Of a stretch of DNA of 64,000 bases, positions 9,028 through 18,692 are shown piece after piece (the first letter of the stretch is position 1; the number at the start of each line of letters is the position of its first letter). The position numbers were made by a program, and so were the translations under genes. Under the pieces are notes generated by a model, which was not told the DNA's origin, made no database searches, and saw only the letters and a program-made list of their open reading frames with translations. The DNA comes from Thermoproteota archaeon (lineage in GTDB: Archaea > Korarchaeota > Korarchaeia > Korarchaeales > Korarchaeaceae): the NCBI GenBank assembly GCA_027491915.1, contig JAOZGC010000002.1, positions 96,001-160,000 on the forward strand. Reading direction: 5' to 3'.

Positions 9028-10075
9028 TTCCCCTCACCACCACTCTTCCCGGCCCCCCTTCCTCTCCCTCGAACTCTGCGCTCACGCCCAGGAGCGACTC
9101 GCACAACTTCACGTTGCTTATCGCGTGGAGGGTGAGACGGGAGATCCTTATCTCTGACTCTCCGGGGGCCAGCGCCAAGTACGGTATCACCATGTCCCCG
9201 GAATGGGGATCCATAGGGGCCCCGGAACGCAAGGCCCCGATCAGGGCCTCGGCCGCCTCCAGCCCCACGACCTCACTGGGCTTCCCCCTCCTCCCGAGGG
9301 AATCTCCCCCGAGCGTGGAGACGGAGGTTTTAGCCCACAGGGTTATTCCCGCTCCGGGCCCGAGACCCTCTCCCACCTCCCTTTCCACCCAGGCGCGCCA
9401 CCCCTCCTTCGCTATCCTCTCCTCAGCGGATCTGGCCATCCTCTCGGCCACGTGGCCCGGTAGAGAGGTGGCGTGCGCCCGGCCTCGGATCTCTCGAACA
9501 TCTCCCCTCTCGACGAGTCTGATGGGCCTGACACGTCCTCCTCCCCTCACCTCCAGCACGGCTCTTCCCCCACCCCTCGGGTAATGTCCCCTGCGGACGA
9601 CCTCTATTCTTGCCTCTACCCCCATTATCCTGAGATTCTTTAGGAAGACCTCCTTCATGTAGTCTATGGGCGGGGCCCTCGGGACGTCGGTGCCCCCGAC
9701 CGCCTCCACCCTGACGTCCTCCTCGGATCCCACGCTGGCCGCGAGTGCCGCCTGAAACAGCAGGGATATGCTCCCAGCTGTCCCTATATCTACGGAAAAT
9801 CTGCCGCCTGGTCTCCGTCTGGGTCTGAACACAACTCTGGTTGATCCAACCTCTGCGCCCTCCACGTCTGCGTCGGCCATCTCCTTCAGAAGCCTGACTA
9901 CCGCCAGGTGCTGCGGTCTGAGTCCGGGCCGGCTTCTCCTTGCCCTCACGTTGTACACCTCCACCGGCTCTCTAATCACACACGCCAGGGCCAGGGCATA
10001 CCTGAGGATGGATCCTCCTCCCTCCCCCACGCTGCCGTCTATCCTGATCATCGTTTTCCCCTCCCTCAGGTTCAA
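9017..10075 (-). CDS. rtcA: RNA 3'-terminal phosphate cyclase
   Basis: IDGSVGEGGGSILR, RPGLRPQH, TAGSISL, GGTDV, RRGHYPRGGG. Confidence 0.93.
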   Translation of the reverse strand: MNLREGKTMIRIDGSVGEGGGSILRYALALACVIREPVEVYNVRARRSRPGLRPQHLAVVRLLKEMADADVEGAEVGSTRVVFRPRRRPGGRFSVDIGTAGSISLLFQAALAASVGSEEDVRVEAVGGTDVPRAPPIDYMKEVFLKNLRIMGVEARIEVVRRGHYPRGGGRAVLEVRGGGRVRPIRLVERGDVREIRGRAHATSLPGHVAERMARSAEERIAKEGWRAWVEREVGEGLGPGAGITLWAKTSVSTLGGDSLGRRGKPSEVVGLEAAEALIGALRSGAPMDPHSGDMVIPYLALAPGESEIRISRLTLHAISNVKLCESLLGVSAEFEGEEGGPGRVVVRGIGI

Positions 10076-10104
10076 TTAAATTTGGGATAGGCCCCACGGA
10101 GCTG

Positions 10105-10728
10105 ATGTACCCCGTAATCCTGCGGACTATCAGAACGAGGGACAGATACGTCGGCCTAGCTTTCTATGGAAATCTCCTGGCCGCGAACACAATACCCCTC
10201 CCGTCGAGGGAGGAGGCCCTCTTGGAGCTCAGGGCTTCCCTGTCCGCCTCTGGAATCCACCCCCCCAGCAACCCCTCATCCCCTCTCGTTCAGGATGTGG
10301 GCGGGGATGTCTCCCAGCTCGGCTCGATGATATACAGGCTGTTCATGGGCGAGGAGGTTTCCCCCTCGCCAGCCCCTGTAGTCCTCTTGAAACCCGACAA
10401 CGACCTCACCGCCAGGGTCTTGGAGGTCGTCGCCCGAATTCCCAGGGGGAGGGTTGCAACCTACTCGGCCGTGGCCGAGGTGGTCGGCACTTCTCCCAGG
10501 GTGGTGGGAAACAAGTTGGCCCTAAACCCATTTCCACTCATAATACCGTGTCACAGGGTGATCCGGAGCGATCTGTTTGTGGGAAACTACGGATACGGCG
10601 CCCTGGTCAAGGGTGGGATCCTGGAGAGGGAGGGAGTAACCGTGGACGTCCCCTCAGGGAAGGTCTCTCGGAGCGCGTTGATCTCATCCTCCGAGCTACT
10701 CCGTTTAAAGAGCAGCGTTCCCTGGTAG
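10105..10728 (+). CDS. ogt: methylated-DNA--protein-cysteine methyltransferase
   Basis: IPRGRVATYSAVA, SPRVVG, NPFPLIIPCHRV. Confidence 0.92.
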   Translation: MYPVILRTIRTRDRYVGLAFYGNLLAANTIPLPSREEALLELRASLSASGIHPPSNPSSPLVQDVGGDVSQLGSMIYRLFMGEEVSPSPAPVVLLKPDNDLTARVLEVVARIPRGRVATYSAVAEVVGTSPRVVGNKLALNPFPLIIPCHRVIRSDLFVGNYGYGALVKGGILEREGVTVDVPSGKVSRSALISSSELLRLKSSVPW

Positions 10729-10744
10729 GCCGAGGGATGCGCCC

Positions 10745-12022
10745 TTGCCTCCCCAGAGAGCCGTCTATGCGGAGGACTACGGAACGTCTTACTTCAAATT
10801 CGGCCCCGTCTGGATAGGGAAATACCCGGAGATGGTAGAGAACAGGGGCTACTTTCCAAAGATATCCAAGGCCGTGGCTGAGATAAGGGGGATCGAGGCC
10901 AGGACCGTCGTGGTAGGCCCCGAGGTGTCGAACTACCTGGAATCCAGGGAAGAGTTGAGAAGGTTATACTATCCAATGCGAAACGGAGTTATCGATAGAG
11001 ATGATAGAAATGGGTGGTTAATTGTTAAAGAATTGACGAGATATGGGCTCAAGAAATTCGCCCCCGTCGGCCGCGAGTCACCCATCGGTCCCTTCGACGG
11101 CTTCTACGTTGTGGCCGCCCTGGCGGCCCAAGCCCCGAGGTACATGTACGAAGAAATCTTCTCGATACACGAGGAGATAAATTCTGAGGAGGGTGGATCT
11201 CTGGTGAAGGCCGTCACCATAATTCCGCAGCCCCTGGCGGTCGCGATAGCTGAGAAGGCCACCACCTGCACGGTCTTGGAGGCCGGCCACGGGAACACCC
11301 AAATAACCCCAATAAGCAGGGACGTCATAAGGTCGGCTCTGATACCTCTCAACCGCGGCGGCGCCGACTCGAACGCCATAACCGCCCAGATATTGAAAGA
11401 TCTTGGCTACGGAAACCTGGCTCGGGAAGAAAAATTCGTCAGGATCTTCAAGGAGATGGCCGGCCTCGTCCCGATAAACCTCGACGAGGCGGTAGAGTGG
11501 GCGAAATCCCATCCGGGCTCCCTCACGAGCTCTTTCACCGTGCCGGGAACCACCGTCAAGGTCGACATGGGGGAGAAGGCCTGGCAGCGCTTCCTGATAG
11601 GGGAGTACTTCTTCAATCCTGGCCACGAGATGTTTGAGAGCTACTATTCGGTGGGATTCACTCCCCCGAGGGACACCGTCCTGCCGGGGGAGACCATCCC
11701 GGGAGACGTTTCCCTGGCCGAGGCCATCCTCATGGCCGTGCGTAAGACACCCGTCGAGATACAACCCGGACTGCTCAGTAAGATCCTCCTATCCGGAGGG
11801 GCCTTCGGCTGGAGGGTGCCAGCTGGCCTGGAGGGAATAGCAGCCGACGCGACCCAGAAGCTGGAGACCATGCTCAGATCCCTTGGCGTGTCGACCTCCC
11901 CGAAGATGGTGGCGGAGCCCCAGTTCTCCGTGTGGCGCGGCTCGATGGTCTACGGACTGTACCTACCCGAGAGGCTCAGGTGGAGCTGGAAGAGCATGGA
12001 AGGGTGGCATCAGATAAGTTGA
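10745..12022 (+). CDS. crenactin (archaeal actin)
   Basis: DYGTSYFKFGP, YPMRNG, PQPLAVAIAE, EAGHGNTQITPIS, LNRGGA, RFLIGE, LSGGAFGWRVP, EPQFSVWRG, EGW; colinear with Thermoproteales crenactin as recalled. Confidence 0.93.
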   Translation: MPPQRAVYAEDYGTSYFKFGPVWIGKYPEMVENRGYFPKISKAVAEIRGIEARTVVVGPEVSNYLESREELRRLYYPMRNGVIDRDDRNGWLIVKELTRYGLKKFAPVGRESPIGPFDGFYVVAALAAQAPRYMYEEIFSIHEEINSEEGGSLVKAVTIIPQPLAVAIAEKATTCTVLEAGHGNTQITPISRDVIRSALIPLNRGGADSNAITAQILKDLGYGNLAREEKFVRIFKEMAGLVPINLDEAVEWAKSHPGSLTSSFTVPGTTVKVDMGEKAWQRFLIGEYFFNPGHEMFESYYSVGFTPPRDTVLPGETIPGDVSLAEAILMAVRKTPVEIQPGLLSKILLSGGAFGWRVPAGLEGIAADATQKLETMLRSLGVSTSPKMVAEPQFSVWRGSMVYGLYLPERLRWSWKSMEGWHQIS

Positions 12023-12768
12023 CGATCTAGGACCATCTTCCTGAACTCTAGGGCGTTGTTCCACATGTCCATATTGTTAAAGAGTACGTAGGCTTCTTTT
12101 TTGTTCATTTTTTCTAATTTACCCAACAAATCCTGAAATTCTTGAGTTGAATATGAATATTTATATAAAATTTTTCCATCCTTTCTCCCACCGTGTAGCC
12201 TGAAATAGGCCAAGTCTGAGCCGTCCAGAGGCCTCCGGTAGAAGGGATCCACGACGTGAATTAAATCCAGGTCGTCTAGGAGTCTGATGAGGCCGCGCTC
12301 GTCGATCCACCAACTCTCGTCTCTCGGTTCCCACCCAACCGCGAGCCCTCCCCTATCCAGAGATGAGAAGAAATCTCTCAGATCCCTCTCCGTGAGATCC
12401 GATCTCCTGAACGACGGTGGGGACTGGAAGATCACTATCTTGGAGCCCAACTTCGCCGCCACGACCCTCACCATCTCCCAAGCGGTGAAATTCCCCTCGG
12501 TGGGCCTGAGCATCCCACAATCCGCGCAATCTATTCCGGCCTTCCGCCACACCGGTCCCCCGGGGCGGTGGGTTATGGCCGCCCAGGCCTTCAACGTGTA
12601 CTCAAAATCCTTCGGCGACTCCTTCCTCCATCTCTCCACGGTCGACGCGCGGGGGATCCGGTAGAATGTACGCTGAATTTCCACCAGACCGAATTCCCTG
12701 AAATACCTCTTCCTGGAGGTCGGGAATCCGCAGCAGCCTACCTTCACCCTCATCGGGCGTCTCAACAT
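12010..12768 (-). CDS. DUF72 (YecE-like) protein
   Basis: VGCCGF, VEIQRTFYRIP, FEYTLKA..ITH, FQSPPSF, WEPR, YFRLHG, YVLFNN. Confidence 0.9.
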   Translation of the reverse strand: MLRRPMRVKVGCCGFPTSRKRYFREFGLVEIQRTFYRIPRASTVERWRKESPKDFEYTLKAWAAITHRPGGPVWRKAGIDCADCGMLRPTEGNFTAWEMVRVVAAKLGSKIVIFQSPPSFRRSDLTERDLRDFFSSLDRGGLAVGWEPRDESWWIDERGLIRLLDDLDLIHVVDPFYRRPLDGSDLAYFRLHGGRKDGKILYKYSYSTQEFQDLLGKLEKMNKKEAYVLFNNMDMWNNALEFRKMVLDRQLI

Positions 12769-12790
12769 ACCACCCTTAATACCAGATGAG

Positions 12791-13828
12791 GTGCGCCCTC
12801 CCAGATGGCCTATGGACCTCCCCTCAGAGGTCTACGAGATAGCCCGTGATATACGCGACATGAAGATCAGGGGAGCCGGTAGAATAGCCAGGGCGGCCGC
12901 CAAAGCTCTCCTGAAGGTGGCGCGGGAATACGAGGCCAAGGACGCGGATGATCTGGTTTCTGCGCTGCTGAGGGCATCTAAACTGCTCGTTGAGACGAGG
13001 CCGACCGCGGTCTCCCTGCCCAACGCCCTCAGGTACGTCGTGGTTAGGGTGCTGGAGGGGGTCGATAGGGGGTACGATCTGAGTGGCATAAGGGAAATCG
13101 CGTCAAAGGCTGCCGAGGAATTTACTGAGTTTTCAACACGAGCGGTCGAATACATCTCAAAATTTGGCTCACACAGGATCAGAGACGGTGATCTGATAAT
13201 GACCCACTGCAACTCGGACGCGGCGATCTCCACCCTGATACAGGCCTGGGAGGAGGGGAAAAGGTTCGAGGTCCTGGCCACCGAGACGCGGCCCAGGTTT
13301 CAGGGGAGGCTAACAGCCGCCAGGCTGGCGGATGCCGGAATCCCAGTGACCCTGATAGTGGACTCGGCGGCCAGGTACTTCATGGAAGACGTCGACGCCG
13401 TGATCGTCGGGGCGGATGCCGTCGCGGCCAACGGAGCCGTGGTGAACAAGATAGGAACCTCTTCCATAGCCCTGGCGGCCCACGAAGCCAGAGTTAACTT
13501 CTTCGTCGCGGCCGAGACCTACAAATTCTCTCCAGAGACCATGCTCGGTTCCCTCATAAGGATAGAGGAGAGAGATCCGTCCGAGGTGGTGGACCGTGAT
13601 TTCCTGGCCGCCCACCCGAACGTCAAGGTTAGAAATCCGGCCTTTGACGTGACTCCTGCGATGTATATAGACCTGATAATAACCGAGAAGGGAGTCATTC
13701 CACCCAGCGCCGCGGTGATAATACTGAAGGAGGAATACGGGTGGTTCACGAGGTCCAGGCTCCCAGAGTTTCTCACAGGCGGGTTGGGGTCGGCCAGGAT
13801 AGAGGAAGACTCCCCCACCACGGCCTGA
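12791..13828 (+). CDS. ribose-1,5-bisphosphate isomerase (eIF2B-like); start possibly ATG 12812
   Basis: IRDMKIRGAGRIA, TRPTAVSLPNA, MTHCNS, TETRPRFQG, VGADA, NKIGT, RNPAFDVTP. Confidence 0.92.
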   Translation: MRPPRWPMDLPSEVYEIARDIRDMKIRGAGRIARAAAKALLKVAREYEAKDADDLVSALLRASKLLVETRPTAVSLPNALRYVVVRVLEGVDRGYDLSGIREIASKAAEEFTEFSTRAVEYISKFGSHRIRDGDLIMTHCNSDAAISTLIQAWEEGKRFEVLATETRPRFQGRLTAARLADAGIPVTLIVDSAARYFMEDVDAVIVGADAVAANGAVVNKIGTSSIALAAHEARVNFFVAAETYKFSPETMLGSLIRIEERDPSEVVDRDFLAAHPNVKVRNPAFDVTPAMYIDLIITEKGVIPPSAAVIILKEEYGWFTRSRLPEFLTGGLGSARIEEDSPTTA

Positions 13829-13830
13829 GA

Positions 13831-14925
13831 TCACGGCCTGTACCCCCATCTCTCTAGGGCTATCCTCAGATCCTCGCTCACTTTTGCAGCCTCTAAAACA
13901 GTCTCTCCCCTCAAAAAAGCGTCTATCGCCTGCCTGATTGCTGAGATCCCACTTTCCTCTCCGTTCGGATGGAGCCATGGAGAGTCCGGCATTATTAGTA
14001 CTTCCTCAATAGAGTTCTCCAGATTAGATTCCACGGTTCCAGGGTGGATCGCCCCCTGTATCACCGGCATGGACTTCCCGATCCGGTCCTCAGAGGTCAG
14101 CGCGTTCACGGCCCGCCTGAATTCCCAAACATCCGTCCCGTTCCCAACCGCCGGAACTCCCACCATGCTGCCGCCGAGCAGCCTGGCCAGGCGGCACCTG
14201 GCCGGAGGAGACAGGCCCTCCGTCTCCCTACCGTAGACGAAAATGGGGACCGCACCGAGATTCCTCCTGAACTCCAAGAGCCCCATCCAACCTCCATATC
14301 TGAGAGAGAAGCCCAGCAGCCTCGCTCCAGAATCCATGGCTCTATTGGCGTTTTCCACCGCCTTCCACCCTGACACGTTCACCACGTAGTCCACCCTACG
14401 CCCGGTCTCCTCTCTGACCCTGTCTCTCATGTCGGCAATATGCGACGACCTGGCGCTTACCTCATCAGGCTTGACCAGCCAAGGGGGATCTACTCCGACG
14501 TCCAGGCCCCTGAGGGCAAGCTCGTAGAACCTGCGCCCCACATCAGCCGGGGCCGCGCCCGGAGGAAGTCTGATGTGGGAGGCTACTCCCGGGCCCCTCA
14601 GCCCCAGTTCCCTGGACAGGTCGATCAGCCCAACCCCGGGCCCGCCGAGGCGGGATTCGACGTCGGGGGGAACCTCGAAGTCGTTCACCATCCCCACCCG
14701 GGTCAAGTCACCGAGCACCCCTATCAGGGCCTGCTCTCCCAAATCCCGGAGGATCTCAGGCGGCAGTCGTATGGTGATCCTATCACCGTGGGTTTCTACC
14801 CTTCCCCCCATGAAAGAGGCCCACTTCTCCGCCATCTCCACGGAGTCGGAGATAGAGACCGACCCGGTCAGGTTCACCTCTATTAGTATCGTCCGCCCCG
14901 AATCCGACCCAGCCAGCGGGGCCAC
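13831..14925 (-). CDS. RuBisCO large-subunit homologue with degenerate active site (putative pseudoenzyme)
   Basis: GPGVG, REETGRRVDYVVNVSG, ARLLG, MPVIQGAIHPG, HPNG..GISAIRQAIDA...LRIALERWG; the KDDE motif is replaced by VDPP. Confidence 0.8.
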   Translation of the reverse strand: MAPLAGSDSGRTILIEVNLTGSVSISDSVEMAEKWASFMGGRVETHGDRITIRLPPEILRDLGEQALIGVLGDLTRVGMVNDFEVPPDVESRLGGPGVGLIDLSRELGLRGPGVASHIRLPPGAAPADVGRRFYELALRGLDVGVDPPWLVKPDEVSARSSHIADMRDRVREETGRRVDYVVNVSGWKAVENANRAMDSGARLLGFSLRYGGWMGLLEFRRNLGAVPIFVYGRETEGLSPPARCRLARLLGGSMVGVPAVGNGTDVWEFRRAVNALTSEDRIGKSMPVIQGAIHPGTVESNLENSIEEVLIMPDSPWLHPNGEESGISAIRQAIDAFLRGETVLEAAKVSEDLRIALERWGYRP

Positions 14926-14975
14926 CCACCACCTCCCGGCCGGGTCGTTATAATCTTCCCCCGTCCTCCGGGCCG

Positions 14976-16226
14976 GTGCCGGTGGAATTAGACCTGGACC
15001 CCGGAGAGGGCCTGCTGGTGAGAACGCCGTGCTATCTCTCGATGGCCGGCGGCGACGTGGACGTCTGGGGCCTACCCCTGGAGGGAGGCCAGCTTAGGAT
15101 AGGAATCCCGGAGCTCACCCTCCTTGTGACCGCGCGCTCTCGAACGACGCTGAGACTGGAGGCGGTCGGCCACAGGATCGTGAGGAACCCAATACCTGAG
15201 GAGTGGTGGTCGGCCGCCGAGAAGGCCAGGGATGCGGAGAGGGTAGTCATACTGGGCGAGACCGACTCTGGGAAGAGCGGGCTTCTCTTCTACCTGGCGA
15301 ACGTCCTCTCCATATCGGGACTGAGGGTGGGAATCGTGGACTCTGACCTGGGCCAGAAGGACCTGGGCCCTCCGGCCACCGTGGCGGCGGCCGCCTTCGC
15401 CTCGCCGCCCCTCCACCCCGGCCTAGCCGAGCCGGAGTTCCTGTACTTCGTCGGAGATACAAGTCCCAGGGGGCACCTCCTTCAAGTGGTCGCCGGGGTG
15501 CGCTCATCTCTGGATTACCTGGGAAGACGCCCAGACGTCACCCTAGTAAACACCAGCGGGTACGTCTCCGGGAGCGCCGCCCGGGCGCTGAAGTATCACA
15601 AGCTGGAGGTGATCAGGCCTGATCTGGTCTTCGTAATCGGCGATCGGGGAGAGGTCTCCCACTTGCCGAGGGTGATTCCCCCAGGTCCGGAGGTCCAGAT
15701 CCTGCCAGGTCCTCCGTCCATAATCAAGAAAGACCGGTCCAGGAGATACGCCGTCAGGAGGGCCAGGTGGATCCGCTACCTGTCGGGCGCCTCTGAGACT
15801 AAAGTGGATTTCTCTGAGGTCAGGGCACTCGGAACCCTCCTCTTCACCGGAAGGCCGTCTCCGGCGGCAGCCTCGTTGGCGTCGGATCTTATCGGGAGGG
15901 AGATTAACTACCTGGAGATCTCCCCGGACGTAGTCTCCATCTTGGTCGAGGGGGGGCTCTCTAGGGCGGAGATCAGGGCACTCGCCTCGTCTTTCGGGGT
16001 TGAGGTTCGTGCCGCCGCGCCGTCCTCCTACGACGGCCTCCTGGTGGGTCTCATGTCTGAGACCGGAGGCTGTTTGGGTCTGGGACTGCTGTCGGACCTC
16101 AATCCAGGTGAGATGAGGGGTTCCGTGATCTCCAGGGTAAAGAAGTTCGCTTATGTTAAATTCGGATACATAAGACTCTCCAGATCCTTGGAGGAGATCG
16201 GGAGGAGGGAGGTGGCCGCACCGTGA
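14976..16226 (+). CDS. Clp1/Grc3/Nol9-family polynucleotide 5'-hydroxyl kinase
   Basis: GETDSGKS, DSDLGQKDLGPP, YFVGDTSP, VNTSGYV, R..RR..W..Y lid. Confidence 0.88.
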   Translation: MPVELDLDPGEGLLVRTPCYLSMAGGDVDVWGLPLEGGQLRIGIPELTLLVTARSRTTLRLEAVGHRIVRNPIPEEWWSAAEKARDAERVVILGETDSGKSGLLFYLANVLSISGLRVGIVDSDLGQKDLGPPATVAAAAFASPPLHPGLAEPEFLYFVGDTSPRGHLLQVVAGVRSSLDYLGRRPDVTLVNTSGYVSGSAARALKYHKLEVIRPDLVFVIGDRGEVSHLPRVIPPGPEVQILPGPPSIIKKDRSRRYAVRRARWIRYLSGASETKVDFSEVRALGTLLFTGRPSPAAASLASDLIGREINYLEISPDVVSILVEGGLSRAEIRALASSFGVEVRAAAPSSYDGLLVGLMSETGGCLGLGLLSDLNPGEMRGSVISRVKKFAYVKFGYIRLSRSLEEIGRREVAAP

Positions 16227-17599
16227 TGATCAAGAACTTCGGGGAGCTGCTGTCTAACGCCCCCTCGGAGGTCGACAGGAAGGCCCGCTGGCTGGCCCTG
16301 TCGGCCGTAGAGGCGGCCATACGGGAGGCTGATCCGGAGGAGGCAGTGACCTCCGCCTTATCGCTCTCTAGTGGCTCCATTGAACTCCGATCCGGCCAGA
16401 CTATTCCCCTAAGCGGAAGAGTATTCGTCGTCGGGGCAGGCAAAGCCACCGGCTTGATGTGCAAGGGGGTACTCAGAGTCCTGTCGGACCTCCCAGTAGA
16501 GGGCGCGGTGAACGTGCCCCGGGGGACCGAAGGACTATTCGATCTGAACAGCGTGGAGATCACGCCCGCGGGTCACCCCCTCCCGGATAGGGGAACCCTA
16601 GAGGGAACCCGCAAGATAGTGGAGATAGCCGAGAGATCCGGCGAGGGGGACGTCCTGATCGCCCTCATATCGGGCGGCGGGTCGGCGCTCATGGAGCTCC
16701 CTGAGGGCAATATATCTCTCAATGATCTGAGAAAAATGAACGATTTATTGATAAAATCCGGAGCTAAAATACAAGAAATAAACAGCGTTCGCAAGCACGT
16801 GTCCCGCGTCAAGGGGGGGAGGCTGGCGGCCTTGGCCCAGCCAGCCAGCGTGGTGTCCCTGATAATCTCAGACGTGATAGGAGACCCCCTGGACTCCATA
16901 GCCTCCGGGCCGACCGCCCCGGATCCGACTACCTATGAAGATGCCTGGGAAGTCATCCAGAAGTACGGACTCGGAGACGATATGCCGGAATCCATCTTGG
17001 AGGTACTCAAGAGGGGGATGAGGGGAGACCTGCCGGAGACCCCCAAGCCCGGGGATCCGGTTTTCGAAAACGTGGTCAACCTCATAGTCGCCAGCAATTG
17101 GGACTCTCTGAGGGCTGCCGAGGCCGTCCTCTCCCGAAATGGCGTTAGGGTCGTCAACTTGGGCCCCCTTGTGGAGGGAGAGGCGAGGCATGTGGGAGTC
17201 GTCCTGGCCTCGATCCTGAGGGCGGCCAGCGAGGGTAGATTTTCGACACCTCCTCCCGTGGCCCTGCTGGCCGGTGGAGAAACCACGGTGAGGGTGACCG
17301 GGAGCGGAATCGGCGGGAGAAATCAAGAGCTGGTGCTCGGCGCGGTCAAGAAGCTGGCTGGCCTGCGCGGAGTCGTTCTAACTTCTGTCGGGACCGACGG
17401 GGTAGACGGAGTCACCGAGGCGGCCGGGGCCCTGGCCGACGGATCAACCCTCGACAGGGCTTACTCCATGGGAATGGACCCTGATTTCTACTTGGAGAAC
17501 AACGACTCCAACACCTTCTTCGGCAGGTTGGGCGATCTCGTGGTGACCGGGCCCACCCTAACCAACGTCATGGACGTCATGGTGGGAGTGGCCCTGTGA
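16223..17599 (+). CDS. glycerate 2-kinase (MOFRL family)
   Basis: GAGKA, GHPLPD, ISGGGSAL, RKHVSRVKGG, SDVIGD, IASGPT, GGETTV, GGRNQE, GTDGVDG, TGPTLTNVMD. Confidence 0.93.
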   Translation: MMIKNFGELLSNAPSEVDRKARWLALSAVEAAIREADPEEAVTSALSLSSGSIELRSGQTIPLSGRVFVVGAGKATGLMCKGVLRVLSDLPVEGAVNVPRGTEGLFDLNSVEITPAGHPLPDRGTLEGTRKIVEIAERSGEGDVLIALISGGGSALMELPEGNISLNDLRKMNDLLIKSGAKIQEINSVRKHVSRVKGGRLAALAQPASVVSLIISDVIGDPLDSIASGPTAPDPTTYEDAWEVIQKYGLGDDMPESILEVLKRGMRGDLPETPKPGDPVFENVVNLIVASNWDSLRAAEAVLSRNGVRVVNLGPLVEGEARHVGVVLASILRAASEGRFSTPPPVALLAGGETTVRVTGSGIGGRNQELVLGAVKKLAGLRGVVLTSVGTDGVDGVTEAAGALADGSTLDRAYSMGMDPDFYLENNDSNTFFGRLGDLVVTGPTLTNVMDVMVGVAL

Positions 17600-17643
17600 A
17601 CCTCGGCCCTTATTAATTCGGCCAGCCCAGATCTTAGGAGAGA

Positions 17644-17958
17644 ATGCCTAGGCGCAACCCGAAGGCCAAGCCCGGCGGGACGGGCGGCAGGCGCAGGTGG
17701 CTTGGCAGGAGGGGTCGGGTCAACCTCTCCACCCACAAGTCAGCCATCCCCCAACGGCCGATAGCCACCGAGGAGAGGGGTCCCAGGGAGGGAGACAGGA
17801 TAGAGGTCCTGATAACCGACGTGAACAGGAGGGGGGAGGGCGTCGGGAGCTACGGGAACATGAGGGTTACCGTGAGGGGGGCGGCCGATCCGGGCGAGAT
17901 CGTCCGGGCCGTGGTTAAGAGGATCAGGGGTAGAGAGATCTACGCGGAGATGGAATGA
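17644..17958 (+). CDS. single TRAM-domain protein with basic N-terminal tail
   Basis: GDRIEVLITDVNRRGEGVG...V.GAADPGEIVRAVV. Confidence 0.75.
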   Translation: MPRRNPKAKPGGTGGRRRWLGRRGRVNLSTHKSAIPQRPIATEERGPREGDRIEVLITDVNRRGEGVGSYGNMRVTVRGAADPGEIVRAVVKRIRGREIYAEME

Positions 17959-18680
17959 CGAGGTCGCCTCGCGGATCCGGACTTAGGAGGGCGCTCTTGG
18001 ATCTGGGCCTGACCCCGAAACAGGTCGAAGTCTACGTCGGGCTCTTGAGGGTGGGAGTCCCCCTCTCAGCGGCGGAGGTCGCCGAGATCGTGGGCATCCA
18101 CAGGACCGGAGTATACAGGATCCTGTCGGAGCTGGAGAATATGGGTCTGATCAGGACGACTCCGGGCAGGCCTGCCCACTTTGCCGCCAGGCCTATCGGG
18201 GAGGCCGTCGGCTCTCTGGTGTCTATCGAGTTGGAGAGGATCTACTCCTCCGCGATGGAGGCCCTCAACTTCAGGGCCCCCCTGTGGAGCGACGACTCTG
18301 AGTTCAGATTGGGGATAGACCTCCTAACTGTGAGGGGGGCCAGGGCCGTCAAGACGCTCCTCTTGGACCTGATCAGATCCGCCCAGAAGAGGATCCTGAT
18401 ATTGAAATCCGGGACGTTCGAGGAAATCTTCAGATCGGTTGAGGGGGAACTGCGTGCGGCCCGAGAGGCAGGGATAGAGGTTATCCTGAGGACCACCAGG
18501 CGGGTACAAGAGGTTGGGGGGGCCTCATCGGACTCCGGATGGACCATCTTGGCACTGCCTAGCTCCGATGGTGGAATCGTAGCGATCGCGAGCAGCAGAG
18601 AACCCACCTCCGGGGTCCTCAAGAAAGTTCTGGCCTCGCTCTCCGGAGCGAATACCTTTATCCATCGCCGGGGGATCTGA
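17955..18680 (+). CDS. TrmB-family transcriptional regulator
   Basis: LGLTPKQVEVYVGLL...AAEVAEIVGIHRTGVYRILSELENMGLI...GRP. Confidence 0.85.
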   Translation: MTRSPRGSGLRRALLDLGLTPKQVEVYVGLLRVGVPLSAAEVAEIVGIHRTGVYRILSELENMGLIRTTPGRPAHFAARPIGEAVGSLVSIELERIYSSAMEALNFRAPLWSDDSEFRLGIDLLTVRGARAVKTLLLDLIRSAQKRILILKSGTFEEIFRSVEGELRAAREAGIEVILRTTRRVQEVGGASSDSGWTILALPSSDGGIVAIASSREPTSGVLKKVLASLSGANTFIHRRGI

Positions 18681-18692
18681 GGTCGACCCGAG

